Source: Flaviramulus sp. BrNp1-15
GTDB lineage: Bacteria; Bacteroidota; Bacteroidia; Flavobacteriales; Flavobacteriaceae
Assembly: GCF_022259695.1 (NCBI RefSeq)
Contig: NZ_CP092099.1
Location: 168,471 to 232,470, forward strand
Length of the DNA stretch: 64,000 nucleotides
Direction of reading: 5' to 3'
In this document: positions 40,267 to 51,213 of the stretch, in pieces
Numbering within the stretch: position 1 is the stretch's first letter
Layout of the letters: each line of letters opens with the position of its first letter
The notes under the pieces: generated by a model
The model's database searches: none
Told to the model about the DNA's origin: nothing
The model's input: only the letters and a program-made list of their open reading frames with translations
Program-made: the position numbers and the translations under genes

Positions 40267-40650
40267 TCAAAAAGCAGTATCTATAGGCTCCCAAAGCTCA
40301 ATTTTATTTCCGTCGTTATCTAAAATCCAACCAAACTTTCCATATTCATATTCTTCAACTTCTCCAACAACAGTTACGCCTTCTTCTTTTAAAGCTTTTA
40401 ATAGCTCATGTAAATTTTCAACACGATAATTAAACATGAAATCTTTTTTGGAAGGCTCATAATATTTGGTGTCTTCTGTAAACGGACTCCATTGTGTTGA
40501 ACACTTTTTTCCTTCATTATCTTTCCACCAAAATGTACATCCGTAATCATCGGTATTAAAACCTAAGTGTTTTTTGTACCAATCTTTTGTAGCTTTAGGA
40601 TCTTTGGTTTTAAAAAATAATCCGCCTATTCCTGTTACTCGTTTTTTCAT
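40267..40650 (-). CDS. VOC (glyoxalase/bleomycin-resistance) family protein
   Basis: 127-aa beta-alpha-beta-beta-beta module (GIGGLFFKTKDPKATKDWY). Confidence 0.7.
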   Translation of the reverse strand: MKKRVTGIGGLFFKTKDPKATKDWYKKHLGFNTDDYGCTFWWKDNEGKKCSTQWSPFTEDTKYYEPSKKDFMFNYRVENLHELLKALKEEGVTVVGEVEEYEYGKFGWILDNDGNKIELWEPIDTAF

Positions 40651-40701
40651 TTTATATCCTTGAAGTTAATCGTTTTTTTTTTACTTTAAAACTTGATTTA
40701 T

Positions 40702-40756
40702 GGATTCCCATTTTAACGGGAATGACAATTTAAACCGAAACCTCGATTTAATCGAG
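40702..40756 (+). repeat. copy 3 of the GGATTCCC..GGGAATGACAATTT repeat plus an adjacent second hairpin (CTCGATTTAATCGAG)
   Basis: GGATTCCCATTTTAACGGGAATGACAATTTAAACCGAAACCTCGATTTAATCGAG. Confidence 0.6.
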
Positions 40757-40770
40757 AAGTTATTTTTTAA

Positions 40771-41142
40771 TTACACATGTTGATCGATAAGTATTGTATT
40801 TCCATCTGGATCATACATTACAATACTAGCAGGACCAGAAGTAGATTCATCGGCTTCTCTTTCTAATTTTATATTGTTATTTTTCAAATGTTTTTGAATT
40901 GCTCTTACATCATCAAAAGGTTCTACTTTATTAGCGTTTTCATCCCAACCTGGATTAAAAGTTAAAATGTTATTTTCAAACATGCCTTGAAACAGACCAA
41001 TAAGTGCGTTGCCATTTTTCATGATTAAATAGTTTTTCTCCATTTGACCTGCATATACAGAAAACCCAAGTGTTTCGTAAAATTCTTTTGAAGCCTTAAT
41101 ATCTTTAACACTAAGACTTGCTGAAAATGCTCCTAATTTCAT
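40771..41142 (-). CDS. VOC (glyoxalase) family protein
   Basis: 123-aa glyoxalase-fold ORF. Confidence 0.7.
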   Translation of the reverse strand: MKLGAFSASLSVKDIKASKEFYETLGFSVYAGQMEKNYLIMKNGNALIGLFQGMFENNILTFNPGWDENANKVEPFDDVRAIQKHLKNNNIKLEREADESTSGPASIVMYDPDGNTILIDQHV

Positions 41143-41239
41143 AATTCAAGTTTTTGTTGATTATTTTTTATTGCTGTTTAATTCGATGTATCTATTTGTT
41201 TTTTTAAGGTCTCATTGAACTCACATTTAATAATCTTTT

Positions 41240-41704
41240 TTAACGAGAAGATTTATTTATGTTCGTTTCATAAATATTAATCCATTCGTCAACGGTTATT
41301 TTTTTGGTTAATTCAGCTATTAATTCATAAGGTATTTGATCTATTTTTTTAAACCGAATGCAACTTTTACCCATATCTAATTTTGTTTTACAATGTTTTG
41401 GGTATTCTTTTACAAACCAATCATGCAACTCTGGCTTTGAATAGATACCCATATGATAAAGGTTAACAGAGTTTTTTTGTGATGCAAAACTCATAAAAGG
41501 TAAAGGCTCTTTAGGATTACAATGATAACCATCTGGATAAACCGAATGTGGCACAAAATAACCTATCATATCATATTGTATACCTTCTTCAAAACCTTTT
41601 GGCAAATTATCATTAATAGCTTTTCGCAGCTTTTTTAAGGTTACTTGGCGCTCTTCTGGAACCTGACTTATATAATCTTCTGGTGATGTTGCTTTATACT
41701 GCAT
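41240..41704 (-). CDS. DUF1801 (YdhG-like) domain protein
   Basis: 154 aa; motif resemblance to the DUF1801 family. Confidence 0.45.
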   Translation of the reverse strand: MQYKATSPEDYISQVPEERQVTLKKLRKAINDNLPKGFEEGIQYDMIGYFVPHSVYPDGYHCNPKEPLPFMSFASQKNSVNLYHMGIYSKPELHDWFVKEYPKHCKTKLDMGKSCIRFKKIDQIPYELIAELTKKITVDEWINIYETNINKSSR

Positions 41705-41705
41705 A

Positions 41706-42212
41706 TTATTTACGTTGAAGAATTAATCCTGAAATTAAAGATATAACAAAACCTATAAGCACCACAGTAAAAAACATTAAAAAAGCCATAAATCCAGAAC
41801 CTCCATAATCTTGCATTTGCTGAGTAAGTTCAGCTTTTTTAGTTTGAAATTCCTCAGGTGATAATGTTTTTTCCATAGTTTTTAAACTGGTTTCTAAATA
41901 CTCATTAGCAAAATCTGGATTAATTATTGTTGTATAAATATAATCTGCAATTCCAACTCCAACTCCAACTAAAACTGATATTAATACTCCTATTGCTAGT
42001 GACTTTCCAATTGATAAAACACCATTGTTTACATGATCTCGATAATGTTTTATTCCAAAAAAAACAAAGGATAAACATGCAACCATAGAAACATAACCTA
42101 GAACTTCTTGTGTTGAATAACTTAACCCTTTACCTAATAAAATTGCAGCTAAAAAAAGTATAATACCCGTGATTAAACCATATAATCCATACTTAATAAT
42201 TGTGTTTTTCAT
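41706..42212 (-). CDS. DUF4199 membrane protein
   Basis: 4-TM small protein typical of Bacteroidetes DUF4199. Confidence 0.5.
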   Translation of the reverse strand: MKNTIIKYGLYGLITGIILFLAAILLGKGLSYSTQEVLGYVSMVACLSFVFFGIKHYRDHVNNGVLSIGKSLAIGVLISVLVGVGVGIADYIYTTIINPDFANEYLETSLKTMEKTLSPEEFQTKKAELTQQMQDYGGSGFMAFLMFFTVVLIGFVISLISGLILQRK

Positions 42213-42317
42213 AAAATTCGTTTTTAAGATTGATTAAGTAAAAGTAGATTTTACGGGGAATATTGAAGTCATACTAAAGTACCAAAACACTCATATTTAA
42301 GTCTAAAAATAACAATT

Positions 42318-42728
42318 TTAAATAATTTGTAGAGATTTTGCTATTTGCAACGCTTGTGTACGCCGTTTTGCATTTAGCTTAACTAGTAAATTTGAAACAT
42401 GGGTTTTTATAGTACTTTCTGAAAGAAATAATTTATCTGCTATTTCTTTGTTTGATAAACCTTCTGAAATAGATTGAAGCACCTCATATTCGCGCGGTGT
42501 AATTTCTAGTTCAGATATTTTTTTGTGGTTTATTTCTTTAGAATCTACAACCGATTTATGAAGACTTTTTTTATTAATATAAATGCCTACAATAAAAAAC
42601 ACAATAGCTATGATTGCAACAGCAAATTCCATTTTTAAATTTCCAGAATTTATAGAGTAACTACTAATTTGAAATAGTAGTATTAATGACAAAATAAGCA
42701 GTGAAAAAACAAGAACAGTTTTCTTCAT
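42318..42728 (-). CDS. LuxR-family HTH regulator with two N-terminal TM helices
   Basis: C-terminal GerE/LuxR HTH ([28 protein letters not shown]). Confidence 0.7.
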   Translation of the reverse strand: MKKTVLVFSLLILSLILLFQISSYSINSGNLKMEFAVAIIAIVFFIVGIYINKKSLHKSVVDSKEINHKKISELEITPREYEVLQSISEGLSNKEIADKLFLSESTIKTHVSNLLVKLNAKRRTQALQIAKSLQII

Positions 42729-42841
42729 GCTTTAAAATTAACAAAAATCTATGTCAGTTTGAGTGATTTTGATAAAATCAAAATTGTATCGAAAACAAAT
42801 AGTGTTATAACTTCTCGATACGATTCCGAGTAAAAACGGAA

Positions 42842-43807
42842 TCACTCGAAGTGACAAAATTTCGCTTTAATTTTATCTACAATGGTTTGTGCTAGCTTTT
42901 CTTTGCTTTCAATAGTCCAACCTGCAACATGTGGTGTTAATAACACATTTTCAGCATGTATTAAATATTGAAATGCCTCTGGCATCTCGACTGCGCTCGA
43001 TGTGACATCTTTTTTAAAAAGGTTCTCAAATGATGCTTTTTCATATTCTAAAACATCGAGTCCTGCACCTAAAATTTTACCAGATTTTAATGCCGAAACT
43101 AAATCTTTTGTTACTACACTTTTACCTCTTGCTGTATTAAAAAACCAAAATGGCTTACTAAATTGATTAATAAATTCTTGATTAATCATGTTAAGCGTAA
43201 GTGGTGTTTGTGGAGTGTGTAAACTAACAACATCTGCTTTTTCTTGAAATCCTGTTAATGATACTTGTTTTGCATTGGCATCTCCAACATTAGGTTTAAT
43301 ATCGTAGCACAACACCTCAACATCAAAACCACGTAGTTTTTTAGCAAAGGCTTTACCCATGTTGCCATAGCCAATAAGTCCAACTGTTTTACCATCTAAT
43401 TCTATACCTCTATTGTCTTCTCGTAGCCACTTACCTTGGCGAACCTCGCTATCAGCTTTATTAAGTTTATTGAATAATGATAATAACATACCTAACGTAT
43501 GTTCGCCTACAGCATTTCGGTTTCCTTCTGGTGCAGAAATTAAATACACGCCTTTTTGTTGAGCATAATCACAATCTATATTTTCTAAACCTGCACCAAC
43601 GCGACCTATAAATTTTAAGTTTTTTGCAGCATCTAGAAATTGTTTATCGATAGAAAAACGACTTCTTATAATAATACCATCATACTTATGGATTTTAGTC
43701 TCAATTTCTTTTTTGGAAGATGTGTAATCTTCATCATTATTAAACCCTAGAGTGTTTAATTGATTAATTAATAATTCGTGATTTGTATCGAGGTGAAGGA
43801 TTTTCAT
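42842..43807 (-). CDS. D-isomer-specific 2-hydroxyacid dehydrogenase (phosphoglycerate dehydrogenase-like)
   Basis: NAD-binding GLIGYGNMG plus catalytic R/E/H triad segments; 321 aa. Confidence 0.8.
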   Translation of the reverse strand: MKILHLDTNHELLINQLNTLGFNNDEDYTSSKKEIETKIHKYDGIIIRSRFSIDKQFLDAAKNLKFIGRVGAGLENIDCDYAQQKGVYLISAPEGNRNAVGEHTLGMLLSLFNKLNKADSEVRQGKWLREDNRGIELDGKTVGLIGYGNMGKAFAKKLRGFDVEVLCYDIKPNVGDANAKQVSLTGFQEKADVVSLHTPQTPLTLNMINQEFINQFSKPFWFFNTARGKSVVTKDLVSALKSGKILGAGLDVLEYEKASFENLFKKDVTSSAVEMPEAFQYLIHAENVLLTPHVAGWTIESKEKLAQTIVDKIKAKFCHFE

Positions 43808-43828
43808 GTCTTAAAATTAGTCTGTAAA

Positions 43829-43933
43829 ATTACGAAGTTTTGCGTTAGCGATTGAAATGGCATCCTTTTTTGAGATACGAAAAAAAGATATAATGAAAAG
43901 CGCGACCCTTGTGGTAACGCCCAAATATTAAAT
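43829..43933 (+). repeat. copy III of the ~90-nt stem-closed structured repeat; its 3' box abuts the mgtE stop codon
   Basis: TACGAAGTTTTGCGTTAGCGATTGAAATGGCATCCTTTTTTGAGATACGAAAAAAAGATATAATGAAAAGCGCGACCCTTGTGGTAACGCCCAAATAT. The 5' GCGTTA can pair with the 3' TAACGC. Confidence 0.5.
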
Positions 43934-45298
43934 ACCTAGAATTAATTTGGCTATCCAGAAGTAAATGAGGATACCAAAAATATCGTTACTGGTTGTTATA
44001 AAAGGCCCTGTGGCTATGGCAGGATCTATACCTCGTTTATTTAAAAATAAAGGTACAAATGTGCCGATTAAACCTGCAACAATAATTACAACTACTAGTG
44101 ATACCGAAATAGCAAAAGCAGTATTTATTTCACCTTTGGAGATCCAAACAAAAACAAATAGAAAAAGTGCTAGGATAAAACCATTTAATGCTGCTAAAAG
44201 CATTTCTTTTATTAAACGACTATTTATACTTCCTTTTACATCGTCGTTTGCTAAACCTTGTACAATTATAGCACTTGATTGCACCCCAACATTTCCCGCC
44301 ATTGCAGCTATTAGTGGCGTAAAAAAGAATAATACAGCATATTTATTAAACGTATCTTGAAAACCTTCCATAATTAAAAAGGCACCTATACCACCTACTA
44401 AACCTAAAAACAGCCATGGCAAACGTGCTCTTGTAAGTTGTAAAATACTATCATCTGCTTCTACATCTCCTGTAATACCAGCTGCTAATTGGTAATCTTT
44501 ATCGGCTTCTTCTTTTAAAACGTCTACAATATCATCAATGGTAACTCGCCCTAAAAGTGTTTTGTTTTCATCAACTACAGGTATGGCTTCTAAATCGTAT
44601 TTAGCCATAACTTTTGCTACTTCTTCAACATCTTCATTTACATCAACATAATCTACATTAGATATATAAATATCTGCTATTTTTTGCTCGTTTTTGGCTG
44701 TAATTAAATCTTTTAAAGAAAGGCGCCCTATCAGTTTATCTTGCTTGTCTACTACGTAAATGGAATGTACTCTGGTAACATCTTTTGCTTGTCCTCTAAT
44801 TCTACGAAGGCATCCGGCAACTGTCCAGGTTTCATAAACTTTAACCAACTCTTTTGCCATAAGTCCACCTGCTGTATCTTCGTCATAGGCAAGAAGTTCT
44901 GTAATTTCAGCTTTATGCTCTTCGTCTTCAATTTGAGCTATTACAGCTTGTTGACGTTCTTCTGGTAACTCTGAAATAATATCGGCAGCATCATCGGTAT
45001 CTAACTCCTCTACTTCTTCAGCGATTTCTTTAACCGAAAGGTTTTTTAAGACCTTTTCTCGGTTATCTTCATCAAGCTCCATTAAGATATCTGAAGTCGT
45101 TTCAGAATCCAGAAGTTTAATAACATACATCGCCTCTTCTAGATTTATTTCATCTAAAATTTCAGCAATATCTGCATAGTGAAACTCATCTAACAACACT
45201 TTTAGGTCCTTATCTTTTTGTTCTTCAATAAGACCTTGTACTTGCTCTAGAAGTTCTTTTGTTAAATTGAATTGTATGTTTTCTTTTTCTTCTAACAA
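43928..45298 (-). CDS. mgtE: magnesium transporter MgtE
   Basis: N-domain, tandem CBS pair and 5-TM MgtE channel domain; 456 aa. Confidence 0.9.
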   Translation of the reverse strand: MLEEKENIQFNLTKELLEQVQGLIEEQKDKDLKVLLDEFHYADIAEILDEINLEEAMYVIKLLDSETTSDILMELDEDNREKVLKNLSVKEIAEEVEELDTDDAADIISELPEERQQAVIAQIEDEEHKAEITELLAYDEDTAGGLMAKELVKVYETWTVAGCLRRIRGQAKDVTRVHSIYVVDKQDKLIGRLSLKDLITAKNEQKIADIYISNVDYVDVNEDVEEVAKVMAKYDLEAIPVVDENKTLLGRVTIDDIVDVLKEEADKDYQLAAGITGDVEADDSILQLTRARLPWLFLGLVGGIGAFLIMEGFQDTFNKYAVLFFFTPLIAAMAGNVGVQSSAIIVQGLANDDVKGSINSRLIKEMLLAALNGFILALFLFVFVWISKGEINTAFAISVSLVVVIIVAGLIGTFVPLFLNKRGIDPAIATGPFITTSNDIFGILIYFWIAKLILGI

Positions 45299-45318
45299 AT
45301 TGAAAACTTTAAAAAGGT

Positions 45319-46113
45319 TTAAACGTCTGTTTCAATTAATTGTGTAAGCTCTATGAACTCTTTTACATTTAATTGCTCCGGACGCTTGCCAAATATACTA
45401 TTTGCTTTTAAATTATCTGATAAATTAAATGTTTTTAAACTGTTACGAAGTGTTTTTCTGCGCTGTTGAAATGCTGCTTTCACTACTTTAAAGAAAAGTT
45501 TCTCATTACATGCTAAGTTATAATCTTCTTTTCTTGTAAGTCTTAAAACTCCTGAATCTACTTTTGGTGGCGGATTAAAAACATTTGGCGGTACTGTAAA
45601 TAAGTATTCTGCTTCATAAAATGCTTGAGTTAAAACAGATAAAATTCCATAAACTTTACTGCCTTCTTTTGAGCAAATGCGTTGTGCTACTTCTTTTTGA
45701 AACATTCCTGAAAACTCAGGAATTTGATCGCGCATTTCTAAGGTTTTAAATACTATTTGAGTTGAAATATTATATGGAAAATTACCAATTATTGCAAATG
45801 GTTCTTGCTTAAAAACTTCGTTTAAATCGTACTTTAAAAAGTCTTTTTCTATAATTCGTGGGGCAAGGTTTAAATAGTTTGCTTGTAAATATTCTACCGA
45901 TTCGGTATCAATTTCTATAACGTATGTCGTGATATCCTTTTTGAGTAAATATTTGGTAAGCACACCCATGCCTGGACCAATTTCCAAAACATTTTTATAA
46001 TCTTTTAGAGTTAATGTGTCTGCTATTTTTTGTGCCACAGATTCATCATTTAAAAAATGCTGCCCTAAGTGCTTTTTTGCTTTTACTTGATGTTGGTTTC
46101 TGTTATTTGCCAC
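45319..46113 (-). CDS. rsmA: 16S rRNA (adenine1518/1519-N6)-dimethyltransferase
   Basis: KsgA/Dim1 SAM motif ([11 protein letters not shown]) and [11 protein letters not shown]. Confidence 0.9.
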   Translation of the reverse strand: MANNRNQHQVKAKKHLGQHFLNDESVAQKIADTLTLKDYKNVLEIGPGMGVLTKYLLKKDITTYVIEIDTESVEYLQANYLNLAPRIIEKDFLKYDLNEVFKQEPFAIIGNFPYNISTQIVFKTLEMRDQIPEFSGMFQKEVAQRICSKEGSKVYGILSVLTQAFYEAEYLFTVPPNVFNPPPKVDSGVLRLTRKEDYNLACNEKLFFKVVKAAFQQRRKTLRNSLKTFNLSDNLKANSIFGKRPEQLNVKEFIELTQLIETDV

Positions 46114-46181
46114 GAATTTTTGAATGTTTTATAACGTTACGAAGTTAATCTACTTAAACCTTCCGTTATTGTTTTTTTTAA

Positions 46182-46634
46182 TTAAAATTGCATTTTCATG
46201 CCTTCATGTGATGCTGTAAACCCCAAACTTTGATAAAATTTTATGGCTTCTGGTCGTTTTTTGTCTGTAGTTAATTGCAAAATACAAGCTTTTTTTTCTT
46301 TTGCTCTATTAATTGCCCATTCGAACATATTCTTACCCAAACCTTGTCCTCTGTGATTTTTTTTAATTCTTACAGATTCTATTTGGGCTCTTAAGCTTCC
46401 TAATCGGTTTAAATATTGTATGTAAGTAAGTTGTAAAGTTCCTATTACTTCTTTGGTCTCATTTTCTACAACTATAAGTTCTTGGTTTTTATCGGCATTT
46501 ATTTTTTTAAAAGCATCAATGTATAGTTTTGGCAATGGAATTTGATAATTCTCTCTTGTTTTACCAAGTTCGTCATCGGCCAACATTGCAACAATATCTG
46601 GCAAATCATTTTCTGTTGCTTTTCTAAATATCAT
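46182..46634 (-). CDS. GNAT family N-acetyltransferase
   Basis: RGQGLGKNMF acetyl-CoA motif; 150 aa. Confidence 0.7.
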   Translation of the reverse strand: MIFRKATENDLPDIVAMLADDELGKTRENYQIPLPKLYIDAFKKINADKNQELIVVENETKEVIGTLQLTYIQYLNRLGSLRAQIESVRIKKNHRGQGLGKNMFEWAINRAKEKKACILQLTTDKKRPEAIKFYQSLGFTASHEGMKMQF

Positions 46635-46644
46635 ATGTTTTTGC

Positions 46645-46968
46645 CTATTTAAAATTCACAGTATACTCATCAATTATTTGAAGTTCTGTTCTAAATGCTA
46701 GCATTTTATCAGCAAATTTTTTCATGCCATCATTTCGTAGTTTTTCGGCGTCTTCTCTATAATAAGCATCTAAAGCTTCTCTTGAGTACGAACGATATTG
46801 AATAGAATATGTAACTCCTCCCATATCTTCTTCTACCAAAACTTTGGTTAATGTTGCTTTTTCAAACTTTCCAGTTCCTAATACTTGCGGAATATGCTCT
46901 TTTATCCATGCTAACCATTCTTCATGGATAGATTCGTCTATGTTTACAGTTACGTTATAAATATACAT
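46645..46968 (-). CDS. DUF4286-like small protein
   Basis: 107 aa; conserved Bacteroidetes small-protein features. Confidence 0.4.
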   Translation of the reverse strand: MYIYNVTVNIDESIHEEWLAWIKEHIPQVLGTGKFEKATLTKVLVEEDMGGVTYSIQYRSYSREALDAYYREDAEKLRNDGMKKFADKMLAFRTELQIIDEYTVNFK

Positions 46969-46970
46969 GC

Positions 46971-47483
46971 CTATAAGTTTTTTGCAAATAACAGGAGTTC
47001 TTCTCCATCTTCAAAGGGTTTTATTCTTTTTTCAAAATTAAACCCTAATTTTTCTAATAACTTAATTGAATTTTTATTTTCTGGGGTGGTTATTGCAGCT
47101 AGTCTTTTTAAATTGAATTGATTTTTAGCAAGTTTCATGATTTCAACTGAGGCTTCAAAACCATATCCTTTTCCTTCATATTCTGGCAAAAAAGCAAAGC
47201 CTATATCAACATCATCTAACTCTTCTCGTTTTATGAGTCCGCAAGTGCCAATGGATTTATTATTTTCTTCTTTTAATAAAAGTTTATAAAACCCAAAACC
47301 AAACTCTTTATAATTTTTTAAATGCCCTTTTGTTATGCGTTCTTCAGCATCTTTAATGGTTTTTGTGTTTCTATCTCCAATATATTTTATCCAATTTGGA
47401 GAATTCACTAATTCTAAAAAGAACGGTGCATCTGTAATTGAAAATTTAAAAATTTTAAGGCGCTTGGTTTCAGCAACAATCAT
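46971..47483 (-). CDS. GNAT family N-acetyltransferase (RimJ/RimL-like)
   Basis: 170 aa; GNAT fold motifs (YEGKGYGFEA). Confidence 0.7.
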   Translation of the reverse strand: MIVAETKRLKIFKFSITDAPFFLELVNSPNWIKYIGDRNTKTIKDAEERITKGHLKNYKEFGFGFYKLLLKEENNKSIGTCGLIKREELDDVDIGFAFLPEYEGKGYGFEASVEIMKLAKNQFNLKRLAAITTPENKNSIKLLEKLGFNFEKRIKPFEDGEELLLFAKNL

Positions 47484-47487
47484 AGTA

Positions 47488-49263
47488 TTAATTTATTGCA
47501 TCTCCACGTAATGCTCTAAAACGTTTTCTAGCTTCTACAAAATAAATGCTATCGGCATGATTAAAAATAATTTGCTCGTATAACTCTTTAGCTTTTTCTG
47601 GCATGTTTAATTGTTTCTCATAAATTTCTGCCAGATTAAAATAGGCATCATCAATTAAAATACCGTCTCTATAATTTGCAATAATTGTTTCGTAGTTAGC
47701 TTGTGCTTTTTCAAATTCGTTTTTCTGACCAAATAATTGGGCTTGCTTGTATAACGCTTGTGCAACAATAGGCTCTGTTTTGTGGTCTTTTAAAATTTTA
47801 TAAAGAAGTTTAATAGCTTCATCCTTTCTATTTTGAAAAGCTAACAAGTCTGCTTTTGCATAAAGTTTTAGCGCCGTTTGAAGGGAATCTTCGTATTTAT
47901 TATCTGAAATAAGAAGTTTTAAATCCAAGGCATCGTTAGCTATTAACTGCGATGTAGAAGCTTTTAAAATTTTAAGTTGTGATTCTGCCCACTTAAAATC
48001 TCCTTTATAATAACTTGCTTTAGCTACTTTATACCTTGCTTCCTGCGAAATTGTACTGTTCTTTAAATTACGTTGAATTTGAGTATAATAAATTAAAGCT
48101 TTATTGAATTTTTCCTGTAACACTAAAATATCGCCAAGTTCTAGCTTCACTTTTGCCTTTTCTAATTCTGATAAAGGTAGTTGTAAAGCATCCTCTAAAA
48201 ACTTAGTGGCTTGTTCTGTTTCATTTAAATAAAATGCTAAAAAATGTGCATAGGAAATTTGTAAATTTAATGTTTGCGAATAGGTTCCATACTCTTCAAT
48301 AAGCTCTAAATATTTGTTTTTAATACTCTGGTAATTATCTATTGAGCTTCCTTGAATTTCTAATTGCAATAAATTGTAATGAGCCTCTAATTTAGTGTCT
48401 GCATACTGAGCAGTTTCAATAATGTAATTATATATTTCTTTGGCAATTTCATTTTCGTTTTCGTTAGATGCAATTAACGCTAGTTCTTCTATTCTACTTA
48501 AACTTTCTGGATTTCTATTAAAAATTGCTTTTTCCTGTATGAATGATTTTCTAAAATCTTTTTGCTGAATAAATAACCAACTTAACAACTCGTTCCATAA
48601 CAAATTTGGTTCTTGCTGTATTTTTTTTAGCAGAATTTTTCTGAATAAAATGTTATTTTCATTAGTGCTGTCTTCGCTAATAAAATCGTTTATAGCTCGT
48701 TTAATATTTGACAAACTTACCCTATTAGTTTCAGCAAAATCTACATAACTGTTTAGCATTTTTTCTATATCGCCCTGCTCTCCATAAATTTGAGCCAACT
48801 GTAAGTTAAAATTATAATCTGGGTTTAAAACCATGCCTTTTTCATAGGCAATTATGGCTCTATCTAAAATGGAGTGGTTTTGAAAACTACGTGCTACTGC
48901 AAATACATTGCTTGGTTTTACATCAATACTTTCAATGGCTTTTTGATAATAAATTTCTGCGTTTTCTAAATCGTTTTTAAGTTGATGGTTATATCCTAAT
49001 TCAACTATAAATGCAGGGTAATTTATACGTTCCATCAATTTTAATAAAAAAGCTTCAGCTTTATCATATTGTTCTAATTGTTGATGCGCACTGACTATTT
49101 GATTGATATAGGTGATATTAGATGGTGACTTTGTATGAAGTTTTTCGTACTCATTTAAAGCCTTCTCAAAATCGCCATTTTTAAAATATTCTTTGGCAAC
49201 AATATCATTTTGCGAAAAAGCGATTGCTGATATAAAAAAACATAAAATAAAGCGTATTCTCAT
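47488..49263 (-). CDS. secreted multi-TPR repeat protein
   Basis: Signal peptide plus numerous TPR-like 34-aa repeats; 591 aa. Confidence 0.6.
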   Translation of the reverse strand: MRIRFILCFFISAIAFSQNDIVAKEYFKNGDFEKALNEYEKLHTKSPSNITYINQIVSAHQQLEQYDKAEAFLLKLMERINYPAFIVELGYNHQLKNDLENAEIYYQKAIESIDVKPSNVFAVARSFQNHSILDRAIIAYEKGMVLNPDYNFNLQLAQIYGEQGDIEKMLNSYVDFAETNRVSLSNIKRAINDFISEDSTNENNILFRKILLKKIQQEPNLLWNELLSWLFIQQKDFRKSFIQEKAIFNRNPESLSRIEELALIASNENENEIAKEIYNYIIETAQYADTKLEAHYNLLQLEIQGSSIDNYQSIKNKYLELIEEYGTYSQTLNLQISYAHFLAFYLNETEQATKFLEDALQLPLSELEKAKVKLELGDILVLQEKFNKALIYYTQIQRNLKNSTISQEARYKVAKASYYKGDFKWAESQLKILKASTSQLIANDALDLKLLISDNKYEDSLQTALKLYAKADLLAFQNRKDEAIKLLYKILKDHKTEPIVAQALYKQAQLFGQKNEFEKAQANYETIIANYRDGILIDDAYFNLAEIYEKQLNMPEKAKELYEQIIFNHADSIYFVEARKRFRALRGDAIN

Positions 49264-49417
49264 ATTGTAAATATAACAAATGTGTGTTCTAGATATTAGC
49301 GTGTTTTGATATTTTTATGAATTTAATATTCATTATATTTCTTAAGAGATTCTGATATTCATCAGGATTAGCTCAACTAACTAATATGTATTGGTCAGAA
49401 AAGATTTCACAAATTAG

Positions 49418-49447
49418 AGTTTCACTAAAAAAAATGCCCGAAATAAA
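49418..49447 (-). terminator. rho-independent terminator downstream of serS
   Basis: TGCCCGAATTTTATTTCGGGCA hairpin followed by T8 on the minus strand. Confidence 0.65.
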
Positions 49448-49605
49448 ATTCGGGCACTTAACCAACCAAAAATAAATTTTCTATTAACTACTGTTAATTA
49501 AATACTCGATTGGGGACAGTCTTAAATTTCTGCATAAACAGAAATGACTATTTTCAAAAAAATCTTTTTACAATTGCATCAAGAGATTTGCTTTGAATAA
49601 AACCC

Positions 49606-49728
49606 CTATTTACTCACAATGGCTGTTTCTTTATCTTCAGATTTAAATATCTCAAAATCTGAGGATAAAACTTTGCTTGCGAAAAAAATTAGAGCGATTA
49701 ATAGCACTAGGCGTTTAAAATTTTTCAT
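49606..49728 (-). CDS. possible small secreted peptide (40 aa)
   Basis: MKNFKRLVLLIALIFFASKVLS signal-peptide-like N-terminus; weak support. Confidence 0.2.
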   Translation of the reverse strand: MKNFKRLVLLIALIFFASKVLSSDFEIFKSEDKETAIVSK

Positions 49729-49894
49729 GATTAGTAGGTTAAATAGATTTGGGATAGCTAACTTGATGAATAAATTTTAAAACTCAAAGAAAATGACAAT
49801 AAAATCGTTAAACAGCGGTTTTATTTTACATTTTATCGAACAAAATAACAATATCTTACAATTTTTGTAAGATTTTGTATACATATATTGTTTT

Positions 49895-51169
49895 TTAATC
49901 TATTATTTTAAAACCTGTATATGGTTGAAGAACATCTGGAATTACTATACCTTTTTCGGTTTGGTAATTTTCTATAATACCCGCCAGTACTCTAGGTAAT
50001 GCTAAAGAACTTCCATTTAAGGTATGTGCCAACTCGTTTTTCCCTTCACTATTTTTAAATCGAAGCTTTAATCGATTTGCTTGAAAGGTTTCAAAATTTG
50101 AAATAGATGAAATTTCTAACCATTTATCTTGTGCTGTAGAAAACACTTCAAAATCGTATGTTAATGCAGATGCAAAAGAGGTGTCTCCACCACATAAACG
50201 TAATATTCTGTAAGGTAATTTTAATTCTTTAAGAATGCTTTTTACATGTTCTACCATACCATCTAAAGCGTTGTATGAGTTACTAGGGTGTTCTACTCTA
50301 ATAATTTCTACTTTATCAAATTGGTGCAGCCTATTTAAACCTCTTACATGAGCTCCGTAACTTCCTGCCTCACGACGAAAACATGGTGTATAGCCAGTTA
50401 TACCAATTGGTAAATCACTTTCATTATGCAACGTATCTCTAAAAATATTTGTTCCTGGCACCTCCGCAGTTGGTATTAAATACAAATCATCTTCACCTAC
50501 ATAATACATTTGTCCTTCTTTATCTGGTAATTGACCTGTACCTGTTGCAGAATCTGAATTCACCAAATGTGGCAATTGATATTCAGTATAGCCAGCAGCT
50601 GTATTTTTATCTAAAAAATAAGTAATTAAAGCTCGTTGTAACCTAGCGCCTTTGCCTTTATAAACTGGAAACCCTGAACCTGTAATTTTAGCTCCTAATT
50701 CAAAATCAATAATATCATATTTTTTAGCTAATTCCCAATGTGGAAGCGCATTTTCATGTAAAACAGGTTTATTGCTTTCATCAATAAACACTTCTTCATT
50801 ATCCTCTTCAGATTTACCGGGTTTTACTAAGTCGTGAGGAACATTTGGAAGCTCAATTAAAACATTATACAATTTAACATCGCAAGCATCTAGTTCATCT
50901 GCTAATTTTTTTGAAACTTCTTTTAATTGACTCGTTTTGTCTTTTAAAACATTTGCCTTTTCTGCCTCACCAGATTTATACAAATTCCCAATTTCTTTAG
51001 ATAATTTGTTAGACTCTGCTAAAGTGTTATCTAATTCTGTTTGAAGGCGTCTTCTTTCCTCATCAAAAGCAATAACATCGTTTATCATTTTTGTAGCATC
51101 AATATTTCGCTTTTCTAAACGTTGAATTACTAATTCTTTGTTTTCTCTAATAAAGGGAACTTGTAACAT
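49895..51169 (-). CDS. serS: seryl-tRNA synthetase
   Basis: N-terminal coiled-coil and class II core motifs; 424 aa. Confidence 0.95.
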   Translation of the reverse strand: MLQVPFIRENKELVIQRLEKRNIDATKMINDVIAFDEERRRLQTELDNTLAESNKLSKEIGNLYKSGEAEKANVLKDKTSQLKEVSKKLADELDACDVKLYNVLIELPNVPHDLVKPGKSEEDNEEVFIDESNKPVLHENALPHWELAKKYDIIDFELGAKITGSGFPVYKGKGARLQRALITYFLDKNTAAGYTEYQLPHLVNSDSATGTGQLPDKEGQMYYVGEDDLYLIPTAEVPGTNIFRDTLHNESDLPIGITGYTPCFRREAGSYGAHVRGLNRLHQFDKVEIIRVEHPSNSYNALDGMVEHVKSILKELKLPYRILRLCGGDTSFASALTYDFEVFSTAQDKWLEISSISNFETFQANRLKLRFKNSEGKNELAHTLNGSSLALPRVLAGIIENYQTEKGIVIPDVLQPYTGFKIID

Positions 51170-51213
51170 GGTATTAAAATTTAAGGGACAAATTTAATGA
51201 ATTAGACACATAA